A stretch of 40,407 nucleotides of DNA from the sequence record SRR31156797_3245. One strand, written 5' to 3'. Below are positions 1 through 8,613 of the stretch, in pieces (the stretch's first letter is position 1; each line of letters begins with the position of its first letter). A program made the translations under genes and the position numbers. Below the pieces are notes generated by a model. The model saw nothing but the letters and a program-made list of their open reading frames with translations, ran no database searches and had not been told where the DNA came from.

Positions 1-440
1 GACGGTTGGCAATTATAATGATATTTCCCTTCCTGGCCCTTCCACGCGATAGACATAACAAGCACGTCCGCCATGCCGGCCAGGTTATCCACAAACTGGT
101 CCGCGAATTCCGGCTCCAAATGTTCCGCAACCTCAAAACACGTCACCAGGTCAACCTTGCCATGCGGAAATTCAAACGGCTTCCTCATGTCCGCCAGAAT
201 CAACCGGTCCCGATCGCATTCCAAATACCTCAAGCAGCCCCCGGAACCTTCAATCCCCCAGGCCTCCACGCCGCACCCCAGGAATCCCACAACCAGGTCA
301 CCGATCGCGCAGCCAACATCCACCACTGTTTTCGGCCCGAAATTTTCCACAATCGCCCCGCATACAATCGGCGCCCGCCACGAATATTTGAACCGCTTTT
401 CGAAAAATCGTTCGCCGTAAACCTCATTCAGGCTGTACAT
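1..440 (-). CDS. Class I SAM-dependent methyltransferase (3' end truncated by window edge; not in ORF track)
   Basis: Manual translation from ATG at 440: MYSLNEVYGERFFEKRFKYSWRAPIVCGAIVENFGPKTVVDVGCAIGDLV...DLVTCFEVAEHL... Has motif I (VVDVGCAIG) and the D-x-V-x-C-x-E-V-x-E-H motif. Open to position 1 and overlaps the end of the upstream glycosyltransferase gene. Confidence 0.85.
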   Translation of the reverse strand, partial: MYSLNEVYGERFFEKRFKYSWRAPIVCGAIVENFGPKTVVDVGCAIGDLVVGFLGCGVEAWGIEGSGGCLRYLECDRDRLILADMRKPFEFPHGKVDLVTCFEVAEHLEPEFADQFVDNLAGMADVLVMSIAWKGQEGKYHYNCQP

Positions 441-1497
441 GCTGCCGCCCCCATTCCTTCAAGGCCGAAACATAAGCCTTTGGGCATTCCCGCAAAAAGC
501 CGAAAAGCTTTTCCATCCTTCCCAAGACCACTTCCATGCCCGAATTCCGCTCGAAATAATTGTGAGCCGCCCGCCGGCGCTCCGGGTAATCGCTCCCCAA
601 AATATAATCAATGAACTCCGCGGCCATCCCCGGTTTAGGCCGGCTTTTTAAATAAAAAACTTCGGGCGCCGCCAGCGTCGTAAAAGGCGCATGATATTGC
701 GGATGAAGCACCAGACACGTGCACCCGCAGCGCATTGCTTCCAGCAAACTCCGGTCATTCTGCCCGCCTCCGAAATGAAGGAATATTTTCGATAAATTAT
801 AAATCTCCGACATGGACAGCCGGCTTACCATCCCCGGCTGCTCCACTTCCAGGCCGGCTTCCTGGATATCGTCCAGAATCGCGTTCGTTCTGGATCCGTG
901 CCTCATGGCTCCGGGCATGATGCACTTTAGTTTCCGGCCGGTCAGCTTGGCATATTCCGCCGCCGCCTTTATCCCCAGCCACTGCCCTTTTTTATCCGTG
1001 ATGTATGAAGCCCCGATGCAAACATCATAAACCTGGTTCAAGTTCTGCGGTTCGAAAATATCCGGGTGCACCGGCTTGAAATATTCCCAATAAAGCCGCC
1101 CATTCTCATCAAACCGGCTCTCTCCGCCCAGGTCGTCAAAAACAACATGCCAGAACGGCCACCGCTCCCGGCCCGTGTTCGCCCCGTAAAATAAAAGCCA
1201 ATGGCCCCGATCTCGGATTTCCTGGTAAACATCCGTCGGCTTGAACCCGCCCCGGATCCACACCACGTCCCCCGGCTCCAGCATTTCCAGCACCCAGCCC
1301 AACTCCGGGACCGTGTACCAATCCACCCCCGGCGCCAGCGCCTTGGTAAAATAAGGCCCCCCGTCCACCACAACCAGGGCCCGGTCAATCATCCGCCTTT
1401 CAACCATCGCGGCCAGCATCGGGCAAAGCCCGTCAGCTGCAAAATGCTCCGGGCTCGTGGTCCGGTCTTGTCTCGAGTACACAAATATCAGCTTCAT
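424..1497 (-). CDS. Glycosyltransferase, GT-B/GT4-like
   Basis: C-terminal nucleotide-sugar-binding-like segment (KKGQWL...EIYNLSKIFLH...DRSLLEAMRCGC). ATGA overlap with the upstream GT2 gene. Confidence 0.7.
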   Translation of the reverse strand: MKLIFVYSRQDRTTSPEHFAADGLCPMLAAMVERRMIDRALVVVDGGPYFTKALAPGVDWYTVPELGWVLEMLEPGDVVWIRGGFKPTDVYQEIRDRGHWLLFYGANTGRERWPFWHVVFDDLGGESRFDENGRLYWEYFKPVHPDIFEPQNLNQVYDVCIGASYITDKKGQWLGIKAAAEYAKLTGRKLKCIMPGAMRHGSRTNAILDDIQEAGLEVEQPGMVSRLSMSEIYNLSKIFLHFGGGQNDRSLLEAMRCGCTCLVLHPQYHAPFTTLAAPEVFYLKSRPKPGMAAEFIDYILGSDYPERRRAAHNYFERNSGMEVVLGRMEKLFGFLRECPKAYVSALKEWGRQHVQPE

Positions 1498-2150
1498 TCT
1501 CGCACCAGCCTGTTAAAAGCCCGCTTTTTCCGGAGCAAATCCGGCCGCACACCCAGCGCCTTCACGGACTTCCCCACGTGGTGATAACAAACATTCCCGT
1601 AGTCCATCAGCCACTTGAAGCCCATTTTTCTGGTTTGCGCCCAAATCCAGTCATCTCCGCAAAAGGTCTGTAATTCAGCCGGAATAGGCCGCATTCGCTT
1701 CGCCACATCCCGCCGAATAGTAAAAGCCCAGCCCTCGCGCTTATCCATCTCAAATATGGTCAAAGGCCCCACCCAGCCCGCATCAGCCGCGCACCTGGTG
1801 CTGGTCGCCGGACAGGCCACGGCGCAGTCCGGCCGCGTCCGGAAAATCTCCGCATTCCGCGAAAAGAATTCCCGCCCCAAAACAACGTCATCATTTAAAA
1901 TGGAAATCGCGTCACAGTCGCCGGCGTTTTCAATCCCCAGGTTCCAGGAAGCATTAACCCCCAACCGGCCATTTGGTGTGTAAACTTTCAGGTTCACCCT
2001 ACTGTCGAGGGAGTCGAACTCCCGTAGACCAGCCTCCGAATTATCAATAATCAACACTCGTTTCGGCAATAGGGTGTTTCGGGATATGCTGGCTAAAAGT
2101 TCATTAGCCAGTTCGACATTCACAACAGGTATAACTACCTCGAATCGCAC
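1494..2150 (-). CDS. Glycosyltransferase family 2 (GT-A)
   Basis: N-terminal VVIPV, LIIDNS, GVNASWNLG, ILNDDV (DxD-like) and CGDDW motifs. Confidence 0.85.
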   Translation of the reverse strand: MRFEVVIPVVNVELANELLASISRNTLLPKRVLIIDNSEAGLREFDSLDSRVNLKVYTPNGRLGVNASWNLGIENAGDCDAISILNDDVVLGREFFSRNAEIFRTRPDCAVACPATSTRCAADAGWVGPLTIFEMDKREGWAFTIRRDVAKRMRPIPAELQTFCGDDWIWAQTRKMGFKWLMDYGNVCYHHVGKSVKALGVRPDLLRKKRAFNRLVRE

Positions 2151-2191
2151 AAACCCTCATTTCTATCCCTCTATTAAGCAGTTCGTTTAAA

Positions 2192-3460
2192 TCAGGCCGC
2201 CGCTTTCTTCCCCCAAAGAGCAGCTTCGGCCATTATCGGCAGGTAATATTTCATGTAAAGAGCATCCCAATTGTAAGTCTGCCGGGCGTGCGTCCTGGTC
2301 ATGATGGCCTCATTCATCTGCATCCGTCGAAGCACAACCAGCGCCACTTGTTCCAACCAACCCGCCTTGTCCGGGTATGGCGTCGGACAAGTATATGATC
2401 CAAACCTTTGAAAATGCGCGTCCGGGCATACTTCCCGCTGCTGCATCAAATCCCCGTTCAACAACAGAAAACAACCGGCCAGCGCCGCTTCCGGTACAAC
2501 CAGCCCAAAACTTTCATGATGAGTCGGGAAAATAAACAAATTCGCGCACTGCATCAATTCCCGGATCATTCGTTTCGGGATCCCCACCTCAAACCTCGGA
2601 TAGTCAAAATCCGAAGTAAAGATAAAATCCTCACCCGGCGCCAGCCCGGCCGCCCGGGCCATGTCCTTGTACCGGTCCATGCTCTGTTTATAGGTTGTCT
2701 GTACGGCCCACTGGTTTGCGATTACCAGGCAAACCTTAAGCCCTAAAAGCCTTTTGAAAGCCCCGAAAATCTTGATAACCTCGGGAACCCGCTTCCACTC
2801 CAACCTGTCCTGGCTGGCCGGCAGAATCTCAACAATATTCGCCTGCATCACCGCCGGGTATTCATCAATGAACTTGCAAGTGTCCTCGTGGAAATCGTGG
2901 AAGCTCCGCAAATCCTTAATATGCGGAATTACAACCACATTTTCCTGCAGTCCCCGGAATTGTTCGGCAATACGCAAGGCATCCGTTTTATTCGGATACA
3001 CAAGCTTATGGTTCGGCGGATAATCCCGAATCGCCCACCAGTCCCTGTGTCCGCTTGGTATCGAGTGAATCCAGTGCAAAAACGGAATGTCAAGCTGCAC
3101 CTGCTGCAGCGCCAGGGCATACGGCAGCGCCCGCCCCTGGAATAAAAAATCATGGGTAAAAACCACATCAGCCCAGGCCAATTCCCTCTCAAATACTTCC
3201 CTGGCCCGGTCAACCACCTTCAAATGCTCTTCGCTAACATCCCGAATAGATTGATAATCCGTCATCGTGAAATCGGGAACCACTGCATGTATCAGATTTG
3301 GGTCAAAATCCGCACCCGCTGGGTTAAATTTCTCACGCACCAAAAGCCTCACTTCATGCCCGTGCGCCTCCAGCATCCGAATCTGATCTGTAACAATCCC
3401 TGTTAAGGAATAACCATAATTAATATCTACAAAATCCGTAACAATAGCTATTTTCTGCAT
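2192..3460 (-). CDS. Glycosyltransferase family 4 (GT-B)
   Basis: N-terminal KIAIVT...LEAHGHEV and C-terminal LFIFPTHHESFGLVVPEAALAG (E-x7-E motif). Confidence 0.85.
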   Translation of the reverse strand: MQKIAIVTDFVDINYGYSLTGIVTDQIRMLEAHGHEVRLLVREKFNPAGADFDPNLIHAVVPDFTMTDYQSIRDVSEEHLKVVDRAREVFERELAWADVVFTHDFLFQGRALPYALALQQVQLDIPFLHWIHSIPSGHRDWWAIRDYPPNHKLVYPNKTDALRIAEQFRGLQENVVVIPHIKDLRSFHDFHEDTCKFIDEYPAVMQANIVEILPASQDRLEWKRVPEVIKIFGAFKRLLGLKVCLVIANQWAVQTTYKQSMDRYKDMARAAGLAPGEDFIFTSDFDYPRFEVGIPKRMIRELMQCANLFIFPTHHESFGLVVPEAALAGCFLLLNGDLMQQREVCPDAHFQRFGSYTCPTPYPDKAGWLEQVALVVLRRMQMNEAIMTRTHARQTYNWDALYMKYYLPIMAEAALWGKKAAA

Positions 3461-3481
3461 TTTTATTCAGCCCCCTGAAAA

Positions 3482-3985
3482 TTAAGGTGTGGTCGTAGTT
3501 GTTGTAGTGGTCGTAGTCGTTTGCGTCTGGGTGGTGCTCGTATCAAGTTCGCCTCTCTCGATAATAATTTCATTGGAACTTAGGGCAAACCCTATACGCT
3601 GCACGTTATATGCCGGTTTTGTTTGGGTTAACAGCCCGCCCGGACTGGCATTGCTCAAATACACATCTCCGCCCGGCGTCCACGACCAGGCCGTATTTTT
3701 AATGTAGCCTTCCCGCTGAATCTGCACCTGGCTTCCAGTCGCCGCTGCCGCAACAAAAAGCCCATGGCAAGGCTGCCGGATCCCGTCCGCCCGGGCAATA
3801 TACGCCTTGCCGTCGCTCCCGATCCGCCCGGCCTGGTATTGGCTCACATCCTGCCCGGCTTCCACTTTCGGAATCCGGCTGTCAATATACAAATCGATCT
3901 TCTCCATGTTCGCATCGAATATGGAATTCCCGCCGGTTGTCGAATATTCCAGCTTCTCCAGGTTTAATATGACCGTGAAGCCCAT
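3482..3985 (-). CDS. Virion accessory/tail-fibre-associated protein (capsid-cement-like domain) with C-terminal poly-Thr tail
   Basis: G-x-VYLS...G-LTQTKP...VQRIGFA pattern typical of phage cement/fibre domains. Ends DTSTTQTQ-T11-P. AAGGAG RBS upstream. Confidence 0.65.
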   Translation of the reverse strand: MGFTVILNLEKLEYSTTGGNSIFDANMEKIDLYIDSRIPKVEAGQDVSQYQAGRIGSDGKAYIARADGIRQPCHGLFVAAAATGSQVQIQREGYIKNTAWSWTPGGDVYLSNASPGGLLTQTKPAYNVQRIGFALSSNEIIIERGELDTSTTQTQTTTTTTTTTTTP

Positions 3986-3998
3986 TGTATTTTGCTCC

Positions 3999-4028
3999 TT
4001 GACTCTCTAATTAACCGAGTGTTAATAT
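3999..4028 (+). promoter_or_regulatory. Putative sigma70 promoter of the moron at 4066
   Basis: TTGACT (3999-4004), 18-nt spacer, TG-n-TAATAT (4020-4028). Confidence 0.4.
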
Positions 4029-4065
4029 TTATCTTTCGGGTCATTATTGCTAAGGGGGACCGGCA

Positions 4066-4659
4066 ATGAGCATCCCAGATAGTTATGACTACACAAAACT
4101 TGAGACTGGTCTGGAAAAGATCCTGGACATGGCATTGCAGTCTTACAAGTATCAAAACGATCATCTTCAATGGCATCAGATAAGAACAATCAGACACTAT
4201 CTCTGGATTTCCTCTTTCATCATGACCGCTATTATAGTTTTTCATCAAAAATATGACCCTGCCAAAACGTGGTTTGTTCTCATATTTGAATTACCAGCAT
4301 TATTACTAAGCCTGCTCGTGTTCCTTTCAGGTATTCGCTCGCTGGCTGGTAAAGATAAAAGCACCATTAGAGAAGCGCCTTTTAGGCAAGCTAAAAGAAT
4401 CCAGGAATTCTTTAATGATGGTAAGCAATATTGGAGATATTTAGTTTTCATAATAGAAAAAATCGATGAGGATATAGACCAACTCATTAAAGAAAATAAA
4501 AAGCAGGCTGAAAGAATGAGGATAATGTCTAAATTGTTATTATTCTCAGCTATTTCAGCAGTAATAGGATTATTGTTATTTGTTCTCAAAGATGAAATAC
4601 AAGCAATTATAACCGCTATTTTATCTCGTATTCTCACAGTTACCGCTACATGGGTATGA
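4066..4659 (+). CDS. AT-rich multi-pass membrane protein (moron)
   Basis: About three hydrophobic segments, low GC, opposite strand to the tail genes, AAGGGGG RBS. Confidence 0.7.
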   Translation: MSIPDSYDYTKLETGLEKILDMALQSYKYQNDHLQWHQIRTIRHYLWISSFIMTAIIVFHQKYDPAKTWFVLIFELPALLLSLLVFLSGIRSLAGKDKSTIREAPFRQAKRIQEFFNDGKQYWRYLVFIIEKIDEDIDQLIKENKKQAERMRIMSKLLLFSAISAVIGLLLFVLKDEIQAIITAILSRILTVTATWV

Positions 4660-4685
4660 TTGTAATATTTTTGGAGGGATGAAGC

Positions 4686-4835
4686 ATGGCTGATGAAAAA
4701 GAAAAAGATCCTGACAGGAGACCATCTGGAGATAGATTCGATACATATCATGATAAAAAGAAACCCGGTCGTGAACGTCTTGAACGAACGACGCAGGATG
4801 AGCCCCGTAAGAAAAAGGATAAAAAAGAGAAATAG
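4686..4835 (+). CDS. Small highly charged 49-aa protein (not in ORF track)
   Basis: GGAGG RBS, then MADEKEKDPDRRPSGDRFDTYHDKKKPGRERLERTTQDEPRKKKDKKEK-TAG. Confidence 0.5.
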   Translation: MADEKEKDPDRRPSGDRFDTYHDKKKPGRERLERTTQDEPRKKKDKKEK

Positions 4836-4864
4836 CCTATAAATAGCTATTAAAACAATCCCGC

Positions 4865-6235
4865 TCATACCTTTGTCACCGTGATCTCGGCCCAGTCGCT
4901 GGCATAGGTTATCCCGTTCTTGACGGCTTTGTTCCTTAGCTTAAAGGTTACTTCGCCGCCAAGAGTCGGGGTGAACGTCCATGTCACCGCCTCCAGGTCA
5001 TCCTTGTGCCCTGTGCGGCTTCCGCCCTCCCACATTTCCAGTTCAAAAACGCCTTCCCAAACCTTCTCCGCACCCTCAAAAAGTTCAATATGCGTCCCGG
5101 CGCCCTGCCCTCTCACTCTCGGGCTCCAGGTCAAAACGCAATTCGTGGAATACCTATTATCCCCGTTGCAGATAAACCCGCCCGGCTTGTACGGCTTCCG
5201 GGCCCGGCCGGCCAGCGCAACCGGTATTTCAATCGCCGAACTGATATCACCCACCGCCTGCCCCGAAAACGGCACAAGTTTAAAATGCCTGGTCGTCCCG
5301 GGTAAAATCTGAGGATGCGTCACCACGTTAAACTGCGTTCGCCCCACGTAAAACAAGGGCATTCCCGCCGCATGACTCACTTTTTCCGTATCAAAGAGCC
5401 CGCGCAAAACCCCGCTCAGCCGGTAATGATTCCCCTCCGGAACAATATTCTGAAAAGCAATTATCTCCGTATTGCTCAACATGGCCAAATGAGTATAAGC
5501 AAAAAGGCCGGTCCGCGTGGTTGACTCGATCATACTCACATCATCATTATAAAAATCCACCAGCAGCCCCACATCATCGTCAACCGTGAAAGTATCCGCC
5601 GGGTAAGTCTCTTTCAACTCCCCAATCGGATTGTAGCTTTTAATGGTTTTAATCTTGGTGTAGCTGCTCCCCCCGTCAATGCTCATATACAGCAGATACC
5701 CGGTCTCCGTCTCGGTCATTCTGGCCGCAAGCGGAATCACCGCCGCGTCATCCCCCGAAGCAACCCACGGCGCCTCGATCGCATACACATAATCCAGCCG
5801 CTGCAAAACCGTGCTCGCCGGCGGAAGCCTCAAATTGTCGTCTTCCGGAATATCATCCAGGCTCGTGGTATACGCCTGGGCCTCCCGGGCCGCATATACA
5901 ATAATCTCTTCATCCCCCGGCGGCCCCTCTTCAATCCAGGTCACCCGGTAAAGCTCCCCGGCAATCTCCCGCTTTGCATAAAAATACAAAAACAGGTCCC
6001 CCGGCTCCAACCGGAACAAATCCCGCGTGCTCGGAAATTTAACCTGTTTCGGCGGAATCGAAGAATCCCGCAGCGTCTCTTCCGCCGCCCGCACCGCATT
6101 CTCATTATCAATAAAAAGCGGCAGATTCACCGTGCGGGATACCGGATACCCCAAAATCGCCCGGTTCGCCGGATCCCGGGCCGGAGGCCCAGACACCGCC
6201 TGCTCAAAATCCAGCCCCATTATCGCCTGAACCAT
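4865..6235 (-). CDS. Tail tip/host-specificity (megatron/gpJ-like) protein, C-terminal part
   Basis: LEPGD, EIIAFQ...YRLSGVLRGLFDT and LTWSPRVR motifs of GTA-like central tail proteins. Follows the DUF2163-NlpC genes. Confidence 0.75.
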   Translation of the reverse strand: MVQAIMGLDFEQAVSGPPARDPANRAILGYPVSRTVNLPLFIDNENAVRAAEETLRDSSIPPKQVKFPSTRDLFRLEPGDLFLYFYAKREIAGELYRVTWIEEGPPGDEEIIVYAAREAQAYTTSLDDIPEDDNLRLPPASTVLQRLDYVYAIEAPWVASGDDAAVIPLAARMTETETGYLLYMSIDGGSSYTKIKTIKSYNPIGELKETYPADTFTVDDDVGLLVDFYNDDVSMIESTTRTGLFAYTHLAMLSNTEIIAFQNIVPEGNHYRLSGVLRGLFDTEKVSHAAGMPLFYVGRTQFNVVTHPQILPGTTRHFKLVPFSGQAVGDISSAIEIPVALAGRARKPYKPGGFICNGDNRYSTNCVLTWSPRVRGQGAGTHIELFEGAEKVWEGVFELEMWEGGSRTGHKDDLEAVTWTFTPTLGGEVTFKLRNKAVKNGITYASDWAEITVTKV

Positions 6236-7344
6236 TATTTCTCCACCGCTTTTGTGTATTGCACTTTAACTTCATTCACCGTGTTCGTCCAAGTGCCTGT
6301 CGAAATCTTCGGCGGACCGGTCATCACGTTTTCATCCACAATCGGCAAATCCCCTGAAAATTCCAACCGTATCAATTTAGGCCGAAACTTCCCGTCCGCC
6401 CCATACCGAATCAAACCCCGCGCATGGTTAAGCAACGTCTGAACGTAAGTCTGCGCCGACTTGGCCTTGTCATAAAGTATGGATATTCCGCGATTTTCAT
6501 CTTTCAACGTTTCCGCCGCAGCCAGAAATGATTCATCATCAAACCATTCCGCTGACAGTCCGCACATATTCCGCAGCGCATAATAAATTGAATGATAAGG
6601 TTCATATGTAAATATCGAAATATCCCGGTAAGCATCCCCAGGGTCAAAAGCGCAACTCGGCGACTTCCGCGGCACAAACTTAATCGTGGGAATCCGCCTG
6701 GTCCGCCCCAAATAGCAATTCTCAAAGTAGGCCCAGCAATACCCCCGGTATCCAGGGCTCAACGTCGGGTCGCTCAAATTCGCGATCAAGTGCGCCGGAG
6801 GTTCCTGGTCTTCGGTCCCGAAAAAAAACCGAATCGTCCCGAAACCGGTGAGCGAAAACAGTTCCATGCCCCCGCTGGCCGGCCTCAAAAGCTCCCCGCC
6901 CCACAACAGGTCTTCGCTGTTATAAATGGCATAAAGAGCGTCCACCGGCCCCGCACATATCAGTTGAGCCCACGAACTGTAATAATCGTACCCAACCACA
7001 ACCTCTTCACTATCAGGCCCGCCCTTGCCCCCGGGCTGCTCCTGTTTTATCTCATAAGTCTTATCCGCCCCCTGCCAGATAATATTGGTCTGGCTGATTT
7101 TCGACGTTCCGTTCAGATCGGGAATTTCAACCCCTTCCGCCGCCGACGTAAGGTGCAGATCCTCAACCTGCGGCCTTCCCACGTTGCTGTCCGGCGCCGC
7201 CGGGTCCATCAAAGCGCCCGCGCCCACGCCCAGGCCGAAGCCAAGCCCGGCCCCGTAAACAGCCCCCATCGGTCCGCCGATAAAAAAACCGATCACGCCG
7301 CCAATAACGCCGCCGACTATTCCTATAATAGATGAGCTGCTCAT
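6235..7344 (-). CDS. Tail tip (megatron/gpJ-like) protein, N-terminal part
   Basis: Gly-rich hydrophobic N-terminus, NIIW, GGKGG, Y-x-Y...ICAGPV, FFFGTEDQ and PGYRGYCWAYF motifs. Confidence 0.75.
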   Translation of the reverse strand: MSSSSIIGIVGGVIGGVIGFFIGGPMGAVYGAGLGFGLGVGAGALMDPAAPDSNVGRPQVEDLHLTSAAEGVEIPDLNGTSKISQTNIIWQGADKTYEIKQEQPGGKGGPDSEEVVVGYDYYSSWAQLICAGPVDALYAIYNSEDLLWGGELLRPASGGMELFSLTGFGTIRFFFGTEDQEPPAHLIANLSDPTLSPGYRGYCWAYFENCYLGRTRRIPTIKFVPRKSPSCAFDPGDAYRDISIFTYEPYHSIYYALRNMCGLSAEWFDDESFLAAAETLKDENRGISILYDKAKSAQTYVQTLLNHARGLIRYGADGKFRPKLIRLEFSGDLPIVDENVMTGPPKISTGTWTNTVNEVKVQYTKAVEK

Positions 7345-7778
7345 ATCACCCGAAACCCGAACCTTTTTCGGTCATGCCAAAGCGGATCCAGCCAGTTGGT
7401 TTTCTGATACCCGATTCCCAGCACCGAATGATAAAGATATCCCCCGCAGAAAAAGCCGCTATGACTTGCCGCTTTCCCGAATTTAAAAAGGATAACGTCC
7501 CCGTCCATCGGCCCCGCAAATCCAACCTCTTTCACCGGCAGCTGCTCTATAATCTCATCCCGCAGCCATTCCCGCGCCTGGTGCAGATGCCAATCCGGCG
7601 GATAATCCGGAATCACTGGAACCTGAATAGCCCCCAAATTCACCAGCGATACAGCCACAAAATGAATACAGTCCACTCCGCGGTTCTTCACCCCGCTCCG
7701 GTGCCGGTACGGCGTCCCTTCCCAGGATTCCAGCTCCTTTTCAAGCTTCACTCGGTTTTCTTCCAAACCAAAAAACAT
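7341..7778 (-). CDS. NlpC/P60 tail-associated peptidase
   Basis: WEGTPYRH...GVDCIHFV...GDVILF...HSG catalytic motifs. Confidence 0.9.
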   Translation of the reverse strand: MFFGLEENRVKLEKELESWEGTPYRHRSGVKNRGVDCIHFVAVSLVNLGAIQVPVIPDYPPDWHLHQAREWLRDEIIEQLPVKEVGFAGPMDGDVILFKFGKAASHSGFFCGGYLYHSVLGIGYQKTNWLDPLWHDRKRFGFRVI

Positions 7779-7788
7779 TTAATCCTCG

Positions 7789-8613
7789 TTAATCCCGCGC
7801 CGCCGGGTTTTCCAGCGGAATATAAGGAAATCCCCGAAAATTGATCACATTGTTGAATTTATCCCTGCACGTCCGAATCATTTTGTCGCAACCCGCATAA
7901 ACAGTCACCGAATTCCCCGTCTCCAGCCCCCTTAGCCTGTGCCTCAAATAGATCGTATTCCCGGTATGATCCGTGATCATAACCTTGCTCGATCCCTTGA
8001 CCAGCCATCCCCGAGTAAAATACCCGCTCGGTTTGGTTAAAAAACTCGCCGACTGCAGTACCAGCCCGCCCGCCAGAACCGTCACCGTGGCATTCACGCC
8101 AGGGTGAGCCGCCGCCACAGCCCCGGAAACGTCGCACCGTGAATCAAACACTTCCGCATTACAGGTCACTTCACACCTGTCGATCGGTATCTGCTGCTTC
8201 AAATACCGCTCAAATCCCGCGCAAACCACCGCCGCCGCCACGTCGTCATAATTCACCGTGGAAATCATGCCCAGAAACGAAACCAGCCCCTCCATCGGGT
8301 CCATATCCAGAAAAACCTTGGCAGCGCTAACCCAATAAATATCAGGAGGATAAAAATCCTCGAAATGCGTCACCGGCTCCAGGCTCGGGTCCATTTCAAA
8401 CGTGCACCTGGTCTCGGAAAACTTCGAATCAAACTTGACCTTGCTCCGTTTTATCGCCTGGCAGGTATACGTTTTTCCGCCAAAAACAATTGGAGCGTCC
8501 GCGCCCGTATAAGTCCATTCGGATCCCGAATTCGTCCAGAACCGAATAACTTCCGCCGGCCTGCGTTTTTTGGCCTGCTCCCGGCCCGAATATTGATCGG
8601 ATGTAACTTTCAT
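7789..8613 (-). CDS. Tail hub protein, DUF2163/phage BR0599 family
   Basis: C-terminal GCDKMIRTCRDKFNNVINFRGFPYIP signature, plus an upstream C-x3-C...C. Confidence 0.9.
   Translation of the reverse strand: MKVTSDQYSGREQAKKRRPAEVIRFWTNSGSEWTYTGADAPIVFGGKTYTCQAIKRSKVKFDSKFSETRCTFEMDPSLEPVTHFEDFYPPDIYWVSAAKVFLDMDPMEGLVSFLGMISTVNYDDVAAAVVCAGFERYLKQQIPIDRCEVTCNAEVFDSRCDVSGAVAAAHPGVNATVTVLAGGLVLQSASFLTKPSGYFTRGWLVKGSSKVMITDHTGNTIYLRHRLRGLETGNSVTVYAGCDKMIRTCRDKFNNVINFRGFPYIPLENPAARD

Noticed and set aside
230-427. 65-aa minus-strand ORF in the track
   Set aside because: Wrong frame. The overlapping frame starting at 440 encodes clear methyltransferase motifs.
4245-4868. 207-aa hydrophobic minus-strand ORF overlapping the tail gene stop
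   Set aside because: It is antisense to the RBS- and promoter-supported plus-strand moron, and its composition looks like shadow translation. Not entirely excluded.
7015-7035. GGKGG inside the tail-tip protein, similar to the GKGG peptide ends
   Set aside because: It is internal, and a GKGG loop is a common feature of this tail protein family. No evidence links it to the peptides.
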